Virus record (IMG/VR): IMGVR_UViG_3300032320_002770
Direction: 5' to 3' (one strand)
DNA: 20,000 bases
DNA from: an uncultured virus (IMG/VR IMGVR_UViG_3300032320_002770)
Taxonomy: Duplodnaviria; Heunggongvirae; Uroviricota; Caudoviricetes
A program made the position numbers and the translations under genes. Positions 16,637 to 20,000 of the stretch are shown here, in pieces. Under the pieces are notes generated by a model. It searched no databases and had not been told where the DNA came from. It saw only the letters and a list, made by a program, of their open reading frames with translations. Numbering within the stretch: position 1 is the stretch's first letter; every line of letters starts with the position of its first letter.

Positions 16637-17284
16637 ATGGGAATGTTTAATTATATTAAGGTCGAGCAAGATTTACCCCTCAATGATGAGTTAAAAGCTC
16701 TTAACATTGATTTCAAGAAAGAAGAATTTCAAACAAAAGAGTTAGAAGATAATGTAATGGCTACATATATTATCCGTGATTATAGATTATATGAATTAAA
16801 AATAACTAGCCATTGGGAAGATAATCCAGATTATGTAAAAGATGGTAGTAGATTTGGTGAATTTTTTAATAAGAATAAATTGGTAAAAGATAGCGAAGAA
16901 GAAGTTTTTAGAGATGATTATACTGGAACATTTACTTTTGGAACTTATGTTCTTGGTCAAGATAAAGAAAGCTATGATTGGTTTCCAGATTGGAAATGTG
17001 TTGTAGTCCAAGGTTTATTAACAGAAATATCCTTAATTAAGCCCATAGAAAAAAATTCATCTGGAACAAGAATAGAATTAGACGAACAATTTAAAAAACA
17101 ATTAGACGATCACGAAAGAAAAATGAAATGTCCAGTTTATAGTTTTTATTTTAAATATTATGTTAAGACTATGAATCTTATCGAATGGAAACTTTCTGTT
17201 GGAATAAATCATATCATAAGATTCTTGAATTGGTTACAATGGAAAGGCATTAGAAAATTAATAAGGATTTTAACACCAAGATGA
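16637..17284 (+). CDS. Hypothetical phage protein
   Basis: 215 aa (MGMFNYI...FQTK). Upstream TTGACA(16600)-16-TAGAAT. Confidence 0.65.
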   Translation: MGMFNYIKVEQDLPLNDELKALNIDFKKEEFQTKELEDNVMATYIIRDYRLYELKITSHWEDNPDYVKDGSRFGEFFNKNKLVKDSEEEVFRDDYTGTFTFGTYVLGQDKESYDWFPDWKCVVVQGLLTEISLIKPIEKNSSGTRIELDEQFKKQLDDHERKMKCPVYSFYFKYYVKTMNLIEWKLSVGINHIIRFLNWLQWKGIRKLIRILTPR

Positions 17285-17919
17285 AAAAAACAAATAAAAA
17301 TAATTGTGCTATTACTAGACTTTGGCCTACTCTGGATGATATGAAGAAAGATTTATTTATAGATTTAGATAAACAAGAAATCATTAATGTTTTGACTGGA
17401 AATAAATTTAAATTTATTTTAGGTGGTTATAAGAATCACCGATATTACAAAATATACTTTAAACGAGCTACTATTAGAGTGCATAGATTATTTTTTTATT
17501 GGAAACACAACTATTTGCCAAGTTTAGTAGATCATAAAGATAGAAACACGCTTAACAATAATATAAACAATTTGAGAGAATTAGACTCTAAAGGAAATGC
17601 TATGAACTCTTGCAAAAAAATTAGAAAAAATTCTTCTTCTAAATACAAAGGGGTAACGAAAATGGGAAATAAATGGAGAGCAAGAGTCCAACCTTTTGGG
17701 GAGAAAGAAATATTTATTGGTTCTTTTCATTTAGAGGATGATGCTGGTCAAGCGTATAATGATAAAATAAGAGAATTAGGCTTAGAAGAAGTATCAGTAT
17801 TAAATGATACGCCTCAAGAAAGAGCAAGAAGAAATATCCAATTTGACCCCTTGCCTCAAGAAATGAATCATATTAAAGATTTATTTTTAAATATCGAACC
17901 TTTGGTAGATTTTAAATGA
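17281..17919 (+). CDS. HNH-AP2 homing endonuclease (free-standing)
   Basis: VHRL...VDHKDRNTLNNNINNLRE (HNH) plus SSKYKGV...KWRARV...IGSF...AGQAYN (AP2). Confidence 0.85.
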   Translation: MKKTNKNNCAITRLWPTLDDMKKDLFIDLDKQEIINVLTGNKFKFILGGYKNHRYYKIYFKRATIRVHRLFFYWKHNYLPSLVDHKDRNTLNNNINNLRELDSKGNAMNSCKKIRKNSSSKYKGVTKMGNKWRARVQPFGEKEIFIGSFHLEDDAGQAYNDKIRELGLEEVSVLNDTPQERARRNIQFDPLPQEMNHIKDLFLNIEPLVDFK

Positions 17920-18104
17920 AGAAAAAACCCTATATTGTTGAGGTTAAAGAACAAGATGGATACCAGTATATTGAATTGCCAGATGCTTTAATCAACAAAA
18001 TGGGATGGAAAATCGGTGATACGATTGATTGGCAAGATAATAAAGATGGTAGTTGGAGTTTATTGAAAATAGCAAAACCTTTAAAAAAAAGAAAGTCTGG
18101 ATAA
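17916..18104 (+). CDS. AbrB/MazE/SpoVT-like DNA-binding protein
   Basis: YIELPDALINKMGWKIGDTIDW. Confidence 0.7.
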   Translation: MKKKPYIVEVKEQDGYQYIELPDALINKMGWKIGDTIDWQDNKDGSWSLLKIAKPLKKRKSG

Positions 18105-18123
18105 TTTGTTATAGAATTAAATT

Positions 18124-18417
18124 ATGAACCTTTCGTCTGAAATTATTTTCGTTTTATATATATTTATGATGGGTCTTATGCTTGGATTAATATTACCTAA
18201 AATTTTCAAAAACTTTAGTTTAAGAATAGTATCATTTAGGAAGATTGGAAATAAATTTAAAGAGTTTAAGGGCAAATTTTTCCCTAAAAATCTATGTCAT
18301 TGTGGATTAACTAATACTCCACCTTATTGTGATAAATCTCATCCCTTTGCTTGGAGATGCTTTAGGTGGTGGAGATGGATTAATAATAATTTAGATGAGC
18401 GTGATAAAGGTTTGTAA
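18124..18417 (+). CDS. Membrane-anchored CDGSH iron-sulfur (NEET-like) protein
   Basis: N-terminal TM segment IIFVLYIFMMGLMLGLIL, then C-H-C-G-L-T-N-T-P-P-Y-C-D-K-S-H, matching CxCx2(S/T)x3PxCDG(S/A/T)H except G to K. Confidence 0.75.
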   Translation: MNLSSEIIFVLYIFMMGLMLGLILPKIFKNFSLRIVSFRKIGNKFKEFKGKFFPKNLCHCGLTNTPPYCDKSHPFAWRCFRWWRWINNNLDERDKGL

Positions 18418-18467
18418 ATCAAAAAGAAACAAAATTTGACAGACTGGTTAATCCAGTATAAACTGGA

Positions 18468-18794
18468 ATGGTGAGAAGATTAAAAAAATTTAATAGAAAG
18501 AAATACAAGAACCTTAAATCTCACAAGATTAAGGTAGAATCTTTAAAACAGAGTCTTGGTCAAGATGATTTTATGTTATTTTTAGAGAAGCATAATTATC
18601 GTCTTTATAGCGAAGAATTGAACAATAGAGTAAGATACGAATTTAATGAGTTTAATAAAGAAAATGAAAAAGTATTGAACAATAAAAATTATTCAAATGA
18701 ATATAAATTTGAATATCTTGCATCTAGACATAAATGGTTGTTTAATATGCACAAACCCATTTTAAATGGAGGACTTGTTGGAAGGAGAAAATAA
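18468..18794 (+). CDS. Hypothetical protein
   Basis: TTGACA(18436)-17-TAAACT(18459). The real start may be GTG 18471, 6 nt after the -10 box. Confidence 0.55.
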   Translation: MVRRLKKFNRKKYKNLKSHKIKVESLKQSLGQDDFMLFLEKHNYRLYSEELNNRVRYEFNEFNKENEKVLNNKNYSNEYKFEYLASRHKWLFNMHKPILNGGLVGRRK

Positions 18795-19906
18795 TGAAAT
18801 TGCCCACAATCTATAAAAAAACAAAAACTGGTAAAGTCCAAGAATGGACTATTGAAGTTAAAGGAAATCAATACCGCACAATTTCTGGTCAAACAGATGG
18901 TGAAAAGATTACTAATGAATGGACAGATTGCGACATTAAAAATGCTGGTAGAGCAAATGCTACTACTCCAGAAGAACAAGCAATCAAAGAAGCAGAAGCA
19001 AAACGCAAAAAGAAATTAGAATCTGGTTACTTTGAATCTATCAAAGATATTAACAAGGTTCAATACTTCGAGCCAATGCTTGCACAAAAGTATGAAGATC
19101 ACGAAATTAATTATCCAGTTTATAGCCAACCTAAACTTGATGGTATTCGTTGTATTGTAACAAAAGATGGAATGTTTAGCAGAAACGGCAAGAAGATTAT
19201 TTCTGCTCCTCACATTCGTCAGAATTTAGATTTATTCTTTAAAGATTATCCTAATGCAATTCTTGATGGTGAGTTATATTGTGATAAGTTTGCAAATGAT
19301 TTTAATAAGATTTGCTCTCTTGTAAAAAGAACTAAACCTACTGACGAAGAATTAGAAGAAAGTGCAGATAGTATTCAGTATTGGGTTTATGATGCACCTA
19401 AAATTGGTTTGTTAAATGAAAAAGACTTATTTTTTACTAGATATGAATTAGTTTCAGATGCTCTTTCAAAGAGAAAATATCCTAGTATTGTTATTGTTAC
19501 TACTATTAAAGTAAATAAAGAAGAAGAACTTACTCAAGGATACGAGATGTATGTAGAACACGGATATGAAGGTCAAATGGTTAGACTAAATAGACCTTAT
19601 GAAAATAAGCGAAGCAAGTTTCTTCTTAAAAGAAAAGAGTTTATGGATGAGGAATTTAACATACTAGATGTTGTTGAGGGTGAAGGCAATAGAAAAGGAA
19701 CTGCTGGATATATGGTCTTTAAAAATAAAGATGGTAGAGCATTTAAAAGTAATATCAAGGGAGACTTTGATTACCTAGCTAAACTTCTTAAAGATAAAAA
19801 TAAAATCATTGGTAAAAAAGCTACCATAAAATTCTTCAATTACACACCAGATGAAGTGCCAAGATTTCCCTATGTGATTGCTATTGATAGAGATAGCTAC
19901 GAATAA
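18794..19906 (+). CDS. lig: ATP-dependent DNA ligase with an N-terminal WGR-like extension
   Basis: EPMLA, motif I QPKLDGIRC, LDGELY, YWVYD, YEGQMVR and LLKRK; C-terminal OB domain ending PRFP. Confidence 0.92.
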   Translation: MKLPTIYKKTKTGKVQEWTIEVKGNQYRTISGQTDGEKITNEWTDCDIKNAGRANATTPEEQAIKEAEAKRKKKLESGYFESIKDINKVQYFEPMLAQKYEDHEINYPVYSQPKLDGIRCIVTKDGMFSRNGKKIISAPHIRQNLDLFFKDYPNAILDGELYCDKFANDFNKICSLVKRTKPTDEELEESADSIQYWVYDAPKIGLLNEKDLFFTRYELVSDALSKRKYPSIVIVTTIKVNKEEELTQGYEMYVEHGYEGQMVRLNRPYENKRSKFLLKRKEFMDEEFNILDVVEGEGNRKGTAGYMVFKNKDGRAFKSNIKGDFDYLAKLLKDKNKIIGKKATIKFFNYTPDEVPRFPYVIAIDRDSYE

Positions 19907-19914
19907 AATATTAT

Positions 19915-19943
19915 TTGACATCATTTTAAATTTAATTTAAATT
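19915..19943 (+). promoter_or_regulatory. sigma70 promoter (leaderless geometry)
   Basis: TTGACA(19915)-17-TAAATT(19938)-6 nt-ATG 19950. Confidence 0.65.
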
Positions 19944-19949
19944 CAATAT

Positions 19950-20000
19950 ATGAAATTAATCGAAAAACCAATCAATGTAGTCGAGTCCGATAGTTTTGAA
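19950..20000 (+). CDS. Start of a CDS truncated by the window edge
   Basis: MKLIEKPINVVESDSFE..., immediately after the promoter. Confidence 0.55.
   Translation, partial: MKLIEKPINVVESDSFE

Noticed and set aside
17916..18104. MazEF-type toxin-antitoxin pair
   Set aside because: The AbrB-like gene has no adjacent toxin-like ORF; the downstream gene is the CDGSH membrane protein.
6148..19213. Antisense ORFs 6148-6459, 8601-8873, 10580-10774, 11765-12082, 16393-16593, 16796-17011, 18689-18979 and 19016-19213
   Set aside because: Each overlaps a better-supported gene on the other strand and has the F/I/S-rich composition of antisense AT-rich coding DNA.
1..20000. Stop-codon recoding, CRISPR arrays, introns or inteins
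   Set aside because: Conserved genes are full length in code 11 and TAA, TGA and TAG all serve as stops. No repeat-spacer array was seen. Ligase, PurA and UvsE are uninterrupted, and the HNH-AP2 gene overlaps its neighbours directly.

Overview
AT-rich, gene-dense segment that reads as part of a large dsDNA bacteriophage genome (inferred from gene content; no capsid or terminase genes lie in this window). Contents: (i) a nucleotide-metabolism block with dNMP kinase, dCMP deaminase, a CBS-less GuaC/IMPDH-family enzyme lacking the IMPDH Arg-Tyr dyad, and a short PurA, next to a sigma-70-like factor and a DUF736-like protein with an SSB-like acidic tail. (ii) A complete minus-strand tmRNA (7799-8185), absent from the ORF track, encoding an unusual 24-aa tag. 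(iii) A GC-rich TylF-type O-methyltransferase apparently fused to an AT-rich gene start and flanked by an HNH-like remnant and a tRNA 3' fragment. (iv) A glycosyltransferase/methyltransferase cluster with an inverted SET-domain gene. (v) UvsE, an LpxH-like phosphoesterase, HNH and HNH-AP2 endonucleases, an AbrB-like protein, a membrane-anchored CDGSH (NEET-like) protein and an ATP-dependent DNA ligase. About eleven genes have a sigma70 -10 box 5-7 nt before the start codon (predicted leaderless mRNAs), and a second motif, TGTAA-N8-start, marks a separate gene set. All calls come from motif reading by eye; no searches were run.
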